From positions 1 through 31,161 of the IMG/VR virus record IMGVR_UViG_3300012663_000606: a stretch of 31,161 bases of DNA; one strand, given 5' to 3'. The DNA is from a virus (taxonomy: Duplodnaviria > Caudoviricetes). The translations under genes and the position numbers were made by a program. This document shows positions 1-8,318 of this stretch, in pieces. Within the stretch, counting starts at the first letter, position 1, and every line of letters begins with the position of its first letter. Under the pieces are notes generated by a model. That model ran no database searches, was not told the DNA's origin, and worked only from the letters and a program-made list of their open reading frames with translations.

Positions 1-36
1 CAATATTGGGGTCCACCCAGTATCTCTGTGGAAATC

Positions 37-57
37 GGAGTGACCGCTCCATTTTTT
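37..57 (+). terminator. Possible weak intrinsic terminator
   Basis: GGAGT-gacc-GCTCC stem (one G:U pair) followed by ATTTTTT. Confidence 0.4.
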
Positions 58-67
58 ATTAGATATT

Positions 68-319
68 ATGATTAAACCATTGGCAAGTAAAATTGCAGTA
101 AAACGAATTGAAACATTAAAACAATCGTCTGGCGGTATTTTCTTACAGCGTACAGAAGAACCAGACCGTGCAGAAGTTCTCTCACTTGGTTCAGAAGTAA
201 CAGAAGTTGAGATTGGTGATGTTGTTCTATTGAATTGGAATGGCGCAATCAAATCAGGTGAAGATGATGTTTATGTGATTGATATAGAACATGTAGTCTT
301 CATTTACGGAGAAGAATAA
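68..319 (+). CDS. groES: GroES/Cpn10-like co-chaperonin
   Basis: MIKPL...SSGGIFL mobile loop, EVLSLG, VEIGDVVL; 83 aa. Confidence 0.85.
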   Translation: MIKPLASKIAVKRIETLKQSSGGIFLQRTEEPDRAEVLSLGSEVTEVEIGDVVLLNWNGAIKSGEDDVYVIDIEHVVFIYGEE

Positions 320-516
320 TGTCTGATGGTGGTAAAGGTTCTTCACCACGTCCATTCTCCGTGGACCAAAACACTTACCAATCTAATTGGGAAAAGATTT
401 TTGGTAATAAGACACCACGAGAAATAGATGATGCTTTGGCAGAAGATGCCGAGTTTGAAAGAATCAAAAGAAAATTTGACGAGCAGGTTATAATGAAACC
501 TGATTTCTCAGAATAG
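319..516 (+). CDS. Hypothetical small phage protein
   Basis: TAATG-coupled to groES; GGKGSSPRP...NWEKIFG motif resembles small proteins of aquatic myophages. Confidence 0.7.
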   Translation: MSDGGKGSSPRPFSVDQNTYQSNWEKIFGNKTPREIDDALAEDAEFERIKRKFDEQVIMKPDFSE

Positions 517-523
517 ATATAAT

Positions 524-597
524 GGCGGGTTGGTGAAACGGTATCACAGTAGGCTCATAATCTTCAGTTCCTTGTTCGACTCTTGGACCCGCAACCA
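524..597 (+). tRNA. tRNA-Met(CAT)-like gene, imperfect, with initiator-like 1:72 mismatch
   Basis: Acceptor stem GGCGGGT/ACCCGCA, D stem GTGA/TCAC, anticodon loop CTCATAA (554-560), T loop TTCGACT, encoded ACCA 3' end; U:U mismatches in the T and anticodon stems. Confidence 0.8.
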
Positions 598-609
598 ATT
601 ATAACTTTT

Positions 610-756
610 TCATGGCCAATTTTTACGAATCCAATCTTCAATTAATATTACAAGAACAATCGCAACAATTGATAATGATGTAGAGAATGTGTTTATCAGA
701 ATTGTTGCAATTATCAAACCTTTGTCCATTAACCATTTGTATGGGTCTTTAAACAT
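610..756 (-). CDS. 48-aa membrane protein (not in ORF track)
   Basis: Manual translation MFKDPYKWLMDKGLIIATILINTFSTSLSIVAIVLVILIEDWIRKNWP*; ATG overlaps the TAA of the upstream gene (TAATG). Confidence 0.65.
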   Translation of the reverse strand: MFKDPYKWLMDKGLIIATILINTFSTSLSIVAIVLVILIEDWIRKNWP

Positions 757-1523
757 TATCTTCCTATGTATTTTTGTGGTAGTGATTCTAATCTACGTTG
801 TTCTTCTGTTTTTGGTATCCAACCCTCACCATACTGAGGGTACATCTTAATTCTAGTTTCAACTACTGACGCAAATAAAATACCAATAGCTGCCGCGCAT
901 AATATTGCACCAACGCCCCATGCAGCTTCTATCCAAAGTTTTTCAATTCTTTTTATTCTTTTAATTTTATTGTTATACTCTTGTCTTAGTTGTTTTGATA
1001 ATGCAATAGTTTGTTCACCAGTAATCTTTGACATCATTTCAAAGACTTCACTATAAAGTCCACCAAGTTCTGGTGGACTTTCATAAACCATCAGCTGACG
1101 AAGGTCTACTTCCATTTGTTCCAGCTTCTTACGCATCAAAACACGTTGTAAAGCACGTTTGCCGACAGATTCTCCTCCTACGTAAACTTCACCTGCTCTA
1201 CGTTCTTCTTCTTCCCAAATAGCAATACACTTGGCACGATTCTCAAAATAAACTCCAAGTTGTTCACCAATCTGTGAGTACACATCACCTGGATCAGCTT
1301 TGTTCAATTCAACAACTCTTTGCTTTTCCTCTTGTAATTGTTTTCTTTGTTCAACCGTGGCAGGTTTTTCAGGCGAATGAAGCTTCTTGAACTGATCGTC
1401 CAAGTCCTTGAGAACGTCTTTGACTTCTCCGGCTGCACCTTTAATATCTTTGTATAATTTACAACCTTCCTTGACGAGCTTTACCGCACCGTTAGCAAGG
1501 GCAAATAATGTGAATGGATCCAT
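756..1523 (-). CDS. Helical protein with C-terminal TM segment, hypothetical
   Basis: Likely start MDPFTLFALANGAVK at 1523; coiled-coil body; hydrophobic AAWGVGAILCAAAIGILFASVV; late promoter upstream. Confidence 0.8.
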   Translation of the reverse strand: MDPFTLFALANGAVKLVKEGCKLYKDIKGAAGEVKDVLKDLDDQFKKLHSPEKPATVEQRKQLQEEKQRVVELNKADPGDVYSQIGEQLGVYFENRAKCIAIWEEEERRAGEVYVGGESVGKRALQRVLMRKKLEQMEVDLRQLMVYESPPELGGLYSEVFEMMSKITGEQTIALSKQLRQEYNNKIKRIKRIEKLWIEAAWGVGAILCAAAIGILFASVVETRIKMYPQYGEGWIPKTEEQRRLESLPQKYIGR

Positions 1524-1572
1524 TTTGTGTGAAATGATGTTGTCAAGTTTAGGCAAACAACGCACGGACATA

Positions 1573-1601
1573 TTGCATGTCCAGACAAAATCATATATAA
1601 T
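1573..1601 (+). promoter_or_regulatory. Sigma70-like promoter for the Sm-like/gp43 operon
   Basis: TTGCAT (1573-1578), 17-nt spacer, TATAAT (1596-1601); palindrome GGACAT-n5-ATGTCC at 1566-1582 overlaps the -35 box. Confidence 0.55.
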
Positions 1602-1608
1602 ACACTAC

Positions 1609-1616
1609 TATTTATA
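1609..1616 (-). promoter_or_regulatory. T4-type late (gp55) promoter TATAAATA
   Basis: Plus-strand TATTTATA is an exact TATAAATA on the minus strand, upstream of the 1523 start. Confidence 0.7.
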
Positions 1617-1639
1617 AAAAACTTGATAGGAATCAAATT

Positions 1640-1945
1640 ATGAACGTTATTGGTATCAAACTAGTCACAGGTGAAGAAATTATCGCAGAAGCAAGCCGAC
1701 ACACCACTGGCCAAATCAGGGTTTCATTGCCCGTTCAAATCAAACAACTACCTGCCACTATTCCTGGAGCACCACCATCTTTGGGTTTTGCGCCATGGCC
1801 AGAATATGCGGTCGAAGGTTCTCCTATTATGTTGGAACCACTACACATTGTTTACCAATATACTCCTGATCATAGTATCGTTTCAGAGTATAATGCCATG
1901 CAAGAGCAAGACAAAACATCAACAAATCAAATCATCACAGGTTAA
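1640..1945 (+). CDS. Sm-like domain protein
   Basis: IKLVTGEEIIA...LGFAPW pattern; position directly upstream of gp43 as in cyanophage-like myophages; RBS AGGA. Confidence 0.7.
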   Translation: MNVIGIKLVTGEEIIAEASRHTTGQIRVSLPVQIKQLPATIPGAPPSLGFAPWPEYAVEGSPIMLEPLHIVYQYTPDHSIVSEYNAMQEQDKTSTNQIITG

Positions 1946-4500
1946 TGAGTACATTTTACACTAACGTACAGTCTCTTGGTGGACGAATTCTTTACCGTGG
2001 CGTCATGGACGGTAAACGTGTCAAACAAAGAATTGAGTACTCACCTTCACTATACATTCCATCCAAGAAGGTCACACAATACAACACATTGAATGGTGAA
2101 TATCTCGACCGCAAAAGATTCGATGGCATTAATGAAGCCAGAGAATACGTTAAACGATTTAATGGTGTTGCTGGCGGCGTCAAAATCTATGGTAATACTC
2201 GTTATGAATATGCCTTCATTGCAGATCAACATCAAGAGATGATCGACTGGGAACAAGACAAAATCTTGGTTGGTTATATCGATATTGAAGTTGGTTCCGA
2301 AAATGGTTTCCCAGACCCATATGTGGCTACCGAACCAATCACTGCCATCTGTATTCAATACTCCAATGGTCAAACCTATGTCTTTGGTATTGGTGACTAT
2401 GACAAGTCAAAAGACCAAGTAAACGACACAACGAATGTCACATATGTGAAATGTAAAGATGAATGGTCTTTATGCAAACAATTCATGGCCTTGTGGATTG
2501 AAAAGTGTCCTGATGTGTTGACTGGTTGGAACACCAAGTTCTTTGATATTCCATACATCGTTAACAGGTTTCGTAAAATTCTTGGTGAAGATGAAACCAA
2601 GAAGTTGTCTCCTTGGAATTATATCTCAGAACGCAAAACAATCATCAACGGCAGACAGTTGATTGCATATAGTCTTGTTGGTGTTGAATCACTTGATTAT
2701 ATTGAACTCTACAAATGGTATGCGCCGGGTGGTAAGTCACAGGAGTCCTATCGTTTGGATAACATTGCACAAGTGGAACTAGGTGAAGGTAAGTTATCGT
2801 ATGATGAATTTGATAATCTGCACCAACTCTACAAGTTTGATTACCAAAAATATATTGAGTACAACATCAAAGACGTTCGATTGGTTATCCGTTTGGAAGA
2901 TAAATTGAAGTTGGTTGAATTAGCACTTACTCTTGCATATGACACCAAGTGTAATTATGAAGACGTATTTGCACAGACACGCATGTGGGATTCAATGACA
3001 TATTCCTATCTGTTGAACAAAGGCATCATTGTGCCTCCGCGTGAGACACAAGATAAAGATGGCATGTTTGAAGGTGCTTATGTTAAAGAAGTGCAGGTTG
3101 GATTGCATGATTGGGTCGCATCGTTTGACTTGAACAGTTTGTATCCACACTTGATGATGCAGTACAACATTTCACCAGAGACTTTGATTGAACCTCATGA
3201 TTACACACCAGAAATGCGTGAAGTAATCTCTTCCGGTGTAAGTGTTGATAAATTACTCACTAAGTCGGTTAATTTATCAAATCTGACTGATTGTACAATC
3301 ACACCAAACGGTCAATTCTTCCGTACAGACAAAACAGGTTTCTTGCCTGCCATGATGGAAGAGATGTATGAAGACCGTAAGAAGTTTAAGAAGTTAATGT
3401 TACAGGCAAAACAGGAGTATGAAAATGAAAAAGACAACAACAAAAAGTTTGACATTGAAAAACGAATCGCCAGATTCGACAACCTACAACTCGCAAAGAA
3501 AGTATCACTCAACTCCGCTTACGGTGCTTTGGGAAGTCAGTATTTTAGGTTTTATGACTTACGCATGGCTCTTGGAGTCACTTCAGCAGGTCAACTCTCA
3601 ATTCGTTGGATCGAAGCAAAAGTAAATGCGTGGATGAACAAGATTCTATCCTCCGACAAAGATTATATTATTGCGTCAGATACAGATTCGATTTACCTAC
3701 GTATGGGTGAACTAGTTGACAGTATCTTAAAAGACCAATCTGACAAACAGAAGGTCATTGCATTGATGGATAAAATCTGTAAAGATAAAATTGAACCATA
3801 TATCGACAAATCCTACAAAGAGTTGTCTGATTATGTTCACGCTTACCGTCAAAAGATGCAGATGAAACGTGAAGGTCTTTCCGACAAAGGTATCTGGACA
3901 GCCAAGAAACGATACATCCTTAATGTGTATAACAACGAGGGTGTTCAGTATGCCGAACCTAAAATCAAAGTGATGGGTTTGGAAATGATTAAGTCGTCTA
4001 CGCCTGCGGTTATTCGTGTCAAGATGAAAGAATCGATCAAGTTGATGGTGACTGGCACAGAAAATGATGTACAAAAGTTTATTGCAGATTTCCGTAAAGA
4101 ATTCAAATCATTGCCACCTGAAGAAATTTCATTTCCACGTGGCATGAATGGTCTGGCAAATTATTCCGATTCGGTAACATTATACAAAAAAGGTACACCA
4201 ATTCATGTAAAAGGTGCCATTCTATACAACCATAATTTAAAACTGTTGGGTTTAGAGAAGAAGTATCAACGTATACAAGAAGGTGAGAAGATTAAATTCA
4301 CTTACCTTAAAATGCCAAATCACTTTAAAGATTCTGTGGTTTCATTCCCGTCCAGAATTCCTAAAGAGTTTGGGCTTGACGACTATATTGATTATGATTT
4401 ACAATTCGACAAAGCATTTCTGGAACCAATTCGTGTCATCTTAACGGCAATGAAATGGAAACCAGAAAAAACGAATTCACTTGAGGACTTTTTCGGATGA
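1945..4500 (+). CDS. gp43: Family B DNA polymerase (T4 gp43-like)
   Basis: Exo DIEV, GWNTKFFDIPY, YNIKDV; Pol SFDLNSLYP, KVSLNSAYG, SDTDS, KKRY; C-terminal clamp-binding SLEDFFG. Confidence 0.99.
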   Translation: MSTFYTNVQSLGGRILYRGVMDGKRVKQRIEYSPSLYIPSKKVTQYNTLNGEYLDRKRFDGINEAREYVKRFNGVAGGVKIYGNTRYEYAFIADQHQEMIDWEQDKILVGYIDIEVGSENGFPDPYVATEPITAICIQYSNGQTYVFGIGDYDKSKDQVNDTTNVTYVKCKDEWSLCKQFMALWIEKCPDVLTGWNTKFFDIPYIVNRFRKILGEDETKKLSPWNYISERKTIINGRQLIAYSLVGVESLDYIELYKWYAPGGKSQESYRLDNIAQVELGEGKLSYDEFDNLHQLYKFDYQKYIEYNIKDVRLVIRLEDKLKLVELALTLAYDTKCNYEDVFAQTRMWDSMTYSYLLNKGIIVPPRETQDKDGMFEGAYVKEVQVGLHDWVASFDLNSLYPHLMMQYNISPETLIEPHDYTPEMREVISSGVSVDKLLTKSVNLSNLTDCTITPNGQFFRTDKTGFLPAMMEEMYEDRKKFKKLMLQAKQEYENEKDNNKKFDIEKRIARFDNLQLAKKVSLNSAYGALGSQYFRFYDLRMALGVTSAGQLSIRWIEAKVNAWMNKILSSDKDYIIASDTDSIYLRMGELVDSILKDQSDKQKVIALMDKICKDKIEPYIDKSYKELSDYVHAYRQKMQMKREGLSDKGIWTAKKRYILNVYNNEGVQYAEPKIKVMGLEMIKSSTPAVIRVKMKESIKLMVTGTENDVQKFIADFRKEFKSLPPEEISFPRGMNGLANYSDSVTLYKKGTPIHVKGAILYNHNLKLLGLEKKYQRIQEGEKIKFTYLKMPNHFKDSVVSFPSRIPKEFGLDDYIDYDLQFDKAFLEPIRVILTAMKWKPEKTNSLEDFFG

Positions 4501-5579
4501 TTTTTCCAACTTTCTTAACAGCCTTGGCACTATCTGGTGTGGCTGCATATTATTCCGTTATTGGATTAACTGCAATCTTTCCAGGTTCATTCTGGCCAAT
4601 TATCATTATGGGTTCTGTCCTTGAATTGGCAAAACTCGTAACGGTATCTTGGCTGTATAGAAACTGGAATGTTGCACACATTGGTATGAAAACTTACCTC
4701 ACTGTTGCATCGGTTATTCTCATGTTGATTACCAGTATGGGTATCTTTGGTTATTTGTCGAAGGCACACCTTGAACATTCTTCCGATACTGCTCCATTGG
4801 CAGCCAAAGTACAATTGATTGATGAAAAGATTAGAATTGCAAAAGTAAACTTGGATGACAACCGCAAGATTATTAAACAGATGGATGAACAGGTCGATCA
4901 AACAATGGGTCGCTCTACAGATGAAAAAGGTGTCGCTAACTCCGTATCAATACGTAGGAATCAGCAGAAAGAAAGGACTCGCATTGCTTCTGAGAACGAG
5001 GCCTTCCAGAAAACAATTAGTGAACTCAATGAAACAAAGTTTCCATTACAGAACGAACTTGCAAAATCGGAATCCGAATTTGGACCAATAAAGTATGTAG
5101 CTGAACTAATCTACGGCTCTGGTGGAACTGACATTATAGATAAGGCTGTGCGTCTTGTTATTATGTTAATTATGGTGGTGTTTGATCCTCTTGCCGTGTT
5201 GTTATTGATTGCTGCGAACATATCAATGACAGATAAGCGAGTACCATCCGGCCATAAAACTTGGAATGATTTTATGAAAGGTCAACCAACTGAATATGTA
5301 ATTAATGAACCTGCATATGAACAAGACAACGGTACACTAACGGAAGAACAGATTCATCAGGTAAAAGAACATGCATATTTAAATCAACCATTTAAACATT
5401 TTGATAACTTGAAACCGATGCCTGCACCGAGCAATGTACAAGAAAAGGTAGAAGAAAAGAAAGTTGAAATACAAAAAGACAATTTGATTATGATTGATGA
5501 ACTCGGTAATTCTATTCCACCAATCACAACTAATTATGACTATAACGATACGTATACATTTCGTGAAAAAGGAAAATAA
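4497..5579 (+). CDS. Multi-pass membrane protein with long coiled coil
   Basis: Three N-terminal hydrophobic helices, ITSMGIFGYLSKAH, coiled coil, further TM with VFDPLAVLLLIAAN; ATGA overlap with gp43. Confidence 0.8.
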   Translation: MIFPTFLTALALSGVAAYYSVIGLTAIFPGSFWPIIIMGSVLELAKLVTVSWLYRNWNVAHIGMKTYLTVASVILMLITSMGIFGYLSKAHLEHSSDTAPLAAKVQLIDEKIRIAKVNLDDNRKIIKQMDEQVDQTMGRSTDEKGVANSVSIRRNQQKERTRIASENEAFQKTISELNETKFPLQNELAKSESEFGPIKYVAELIYGSGGTDIIDKAVRLVIMLIMVVFDPLAVLLLIAANISMTDKRVPSGHKTWNDFMKGQPTEYVINEPAYEQDNGTLTEEQIHQVKEHAYLNQPFKHFDNLKPMPAPSNVQEKVEEKKVEIQKDNLIMIDELGNSIPPITTNYDYNDTYTFREKGK

Positions 5580-6650
5580 ATGAGTATTCTTGAAAAAATT
5601 AAAAAGAACAGCAGTATCAAAGACTCTGCTATATTGGCTAAGTCTAAGTTCTTCAATGCTAAGGACATGATTCCTACAGCAATTCCAGTTATCAACGTTG
5701 CGTTGTCTGGTAAATTAGATGGTGGTTTAACACCAGGTCTTACAATGTGGGCAGGCCCATCCAAACACTTTAAGACAGCATTTTCATTATTGATGGCCAA
5801 ATCATACTTAGACAAATATCCTGATGCTGCTTTACTTTTCTATGACTCTGAGTTTGGTACTCCTCAATCTTACTTTGATTCCTTTGGAATTGACACCAAT
5901 CGTGTTCTCCATACTCCTCTCACGGATATTGAACAATTAAAGTTTGATGTGATGGCTCAACTCACTAATTTGGAACGTGGTGATAAACTTATTATCATTA
6001 TTGATTCGATTGGTAACTTGGCATCAAAGAAAGAAGTTGAAGATGCCTTGGCAGAAAAATCAGTTGCTGACATGTCTCGTGCTAAACAGGTTAAGTCCTT
6101 ATTCCGTATGGTAACACCACATTTGTCTTTGAAAGACATTCCAATGGTTGTTGTGAATCACACATACATGGAAATTGGTATGTTCCCTAAAGCTATCGTT
6201 GGTGGCGGCACAGGTTCATATTACTCTGCCGACAACATTTTCATCTTGGGTCGTCAACAAGAAAAAGAAGGCACAGAAGTTACCGGTTACAATTTTATTA
6301 TTAATGTGGAAAAATCTAGGTATGTTAAAGAAAAATCAAAAATCCCAGTTAGCGTATCTTTTGATGGTGGTATTAGCACATGGTCTGGCTTACTCGACCT
6401 TGCTCTTGAATCTAAACACGTGGTAAAACCAAAGAATGGTTGGTATCAACGTGTTGATACAGATGGTGTGATTGAAGAAAAGAACTACCGTGAAAAGGAT
6501 ACAGACACCAAAGAATTCTGGATGCCAATTTTACAACAAAAGTCCTTCCGTGAATTTGTTGAGAACAAATATCGTATCGCATCCGGCAACATTATGGAAA
6601 CCGATGTTGATCAAACCTTCGATGTAGAAACTATGAATGGTGTAGAATGA
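5580..6650 (+). CDS. uvsX: UvsX/RecA-like recombinase
   Basis: AGPSKHFKT Walker A, YDSEFG, IDSIGNLASKKE, VGGGTG. Confidence 0.97.
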   Translation: MSILEKIKKNSSIKDSAILAKSKFFNAKDMIPTAIPVINVALSGKLDGGLTPGLTMWAGPSKHFKTAFSLLMAKSYLDKYPDAALLFYDSEFGTPQSYFDSFGIDTNRVLHTPLTDIEQLKFDVMAQLTNLERGDKLIIIIDSIGNLASKKEVEDALAEKSVADMSRAKQVKSLFRMVTPHLSLKDIPMVVVNHTYMEIGMFPKAIVGGGTGSYYSADNIFILGRQQEKEGTEVTGYNFIINVEKSRYVKEKSKIPVSVSFDGGISTWSGLLDLALESKHVVKPKNGWYQRVDTDGVIEEKNYREKDTDTKEFWMPILQQKSFREFVENKYRIASGNIMETDVDQTFDVETMNGVE

Positions 6651-6967
6651 TTGAAGGATTAGACTACTGTTTCATATATCCTAAGGACGATAAATCCACG
6701 GTACATATTAAACTGTTGGATGGTCCGTACAAAGATACCATCTTCAAATATGGCAAGGTCAAAATCAAAGAAGAAAATGACCTGGCCTATTTACTTTTTG
6801 CTTATGATGTGATAGAATCTAAAGTTAGTAAGCCCAAAAAATTGGAAAAGGACGAAGATTTTAAAAATCATATCGGTAATTTGTTGGTGGAAATTATGTC
6901 GGGAAACCTAGAACAGGATATTATTGATGAGACTGGAACAGACGATTCTAAAGAATCTGATTTATAA
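6647..6967 (+). CDS. Hypothetical protein in the T4 gp40 (head vertex assembly chaperone) position
   Basis: 106 aa, acidic, between uvsX and gp41; function inferred from synteny only. Confidence 0.6.
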   Translation: MIEGLDYCFIYPKDDKSTVHIKLLDGPYKDTIFKYGKVKIKEENDLAYLLFAYDVIESKVSKPKKLEKDEDFKNHIGNLLVEIMSGNLEQDIIDETGTDDSKESDL

Positions 6968-8318
6968 TGATGAATACATTCGAAAAGTACTGCCTTTTCT
7001 TAGACCAGAGTACTTCACTGATGGTACAGACCGCAAGGTGTTCAAAGCAATCAACGAGTTTGTACAAACGTACAATGTGCCACCATCGCTTGAAGCAGTT
7101 GAACTGGCCATCAAAGAAGGGAAGAATCTCACAGATGATGAAGTGGAGAGATGCGAAAAGAATCTACAAGAGATTAGATCAACTGCATCGGAAAGATCCG
7201 AACTTCAATGGCTTGTTGACAAAACCGAACATTTCTGCCAAGAAAAGGCCATTTACAATGCTGTATTGGGGGCAATTTCTATACTTGAAGGGAAGGACAA
7301 AAACACCGAGAAAGGTGCTATTCCCTCTTTACTATCGGATGCGCTGGCTGTAGGATTTGATAGTTCGGTCGGCCACGATTATCTAGAAGATTCAGATGCA
7401 CGTTATGAATTCTATCACAAGAAAGAAGAACGTATTCCGTTTGACCTAGATTTCTTTAACAAGATCACCAAAGGTGGTTTGCCTAAGAAGACATTGAACA
7501 TCGCTCTTGCAGGCACTGGTGTTGGTAAATCTTTGTTTATGTGTCACGTTGCAGCAGGATGTATGGTACAAGGCAAGAATGTATTGTACATCACCATGGA
7601 AATGGCCGAAGAAAAGATTGCTGAACGTATTGATGCTAACCTATTGAATGTTACACTAGACGACCTAACTTCCTTGTCTAAGGAAGCATATGACAAACGT
7701 GTGGCTAAACTCCGCGAAAAGACTGTTGGTAAATTGATTATCAAAGAATACCCAACAGCATCGGCCTCTGCAATTCACTTTAGGACACTTTTGAATGAAC
7801 TTAACCTTAAAAAAGGTTTTATTCCCGATATCATTTTTATTGATTATCTTAATATCTGTTGTTCCTCAAGGATCAAATCTGGAGCCAACGTTAATTCTTA
7901 TACCTATGTTAAGGCAATCGCCGAAGAATTGCGAGGTCTTGCAGTTGAATTCAGATTACCAATTGTATCTGCAACACAAACCACAAGATCCGGCTTTTCT
8001 AGTTCTGACCCAGGACTTGAAGACACCTCTGAATCTTTTGGTTTGCCTGCAACCGCAGACTTGATGTTTGCTTTGATTTCTTCCGAAGAACTGGAAGAAC
8101 TCGGACAAATTATGGTGAAACAATTGAAGAATCGTTATAATGACCCAGGTTTCTATAAGAGATTTACACTGGGTATTGACAGGTCTAAAATGAGATTATA
8201 TGATATTGAACAGTCAGCACAAGACTTGGCTGATTCTGGTCAACCAGACAAACCATTAAATACATTTGGTGACCGTGAGAAACCACAGAAGAAAAAGTTT
8301 GAAGGTTTTAATGTATGA
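6927..8318 (+). CDS. gp41: Replicative DnaB-like helicase (gp41)
   Basis: AGTGVGKS, TMEMAEE, KEYPT, IDYLNI, SATQTTR, SESFGLP, KQLKNRY; ATG 6927 with AGGA RBS. Confidence 0.98.
   Translation: MRLEQTILKNLIYNDEYIRKVLPFLRPEYFTDGTDRKVFKAINEFVQTYNVPPSLEAVELAIKEGKNLTDDEVERCEKNLQEIRSTASERSELQWLVDKTEHFCQEKAIYNAVLGAISILEGKDKNTEKGAIPSLLSDALAVGFDSSVGHDYLEDSDARYEFYHKKEERIPFDLDFFNKITKGGLPKKTLNIALAGTGVGKSLFMCHVAAGCMVQGKNVLYITMEMAEEKIAERIDANLLNVTLDDLTSLSKEAYDKRVAKLREKTVGKLIIKEYPTASASAIHFRTLLNELNLKKGFIPDIIFIDYLNICCSSRIKSGANVNSYTYVKAIAEELRGLAVEFRLPIVSATQTTRSGFSSSDPGLEDTSESFGLPATADLMFALISSEELEELGQIMVKQLKNRYNDPGFYKRFTLGIDRSKMRLYDIEQSAQDLADSGQPDKPLNTFGDREKPQKKKFEGFNV

Noticed and set aside
1524-1571. Longer N-terminus (MSVRCLPK...) for the minus-strand gene
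   Set aside because: Lies in a hairpin-containing leader; MDPFTL at 1523 looks the more natural start
1671-1964. 97-aa alternative-frame ORF over the Sm-like gene
   Set aside because: No RBS or ATG start; shadow of a better-supported gene
6967-7353. 128-aa +1-frame ORF inside gp41, TAATG-coupled to the upstream gene
   Set aside because: No recognisable protein features or dedicated RBS and it overlaps a conserved helicase; probably a shadow ORF, though not excluded
1945-8318. Introns or inteins in gp43, uvsX or gp41
   Set aside because: ORFs are continuous and of normal length with no splicing or homing-endonuclease motifs
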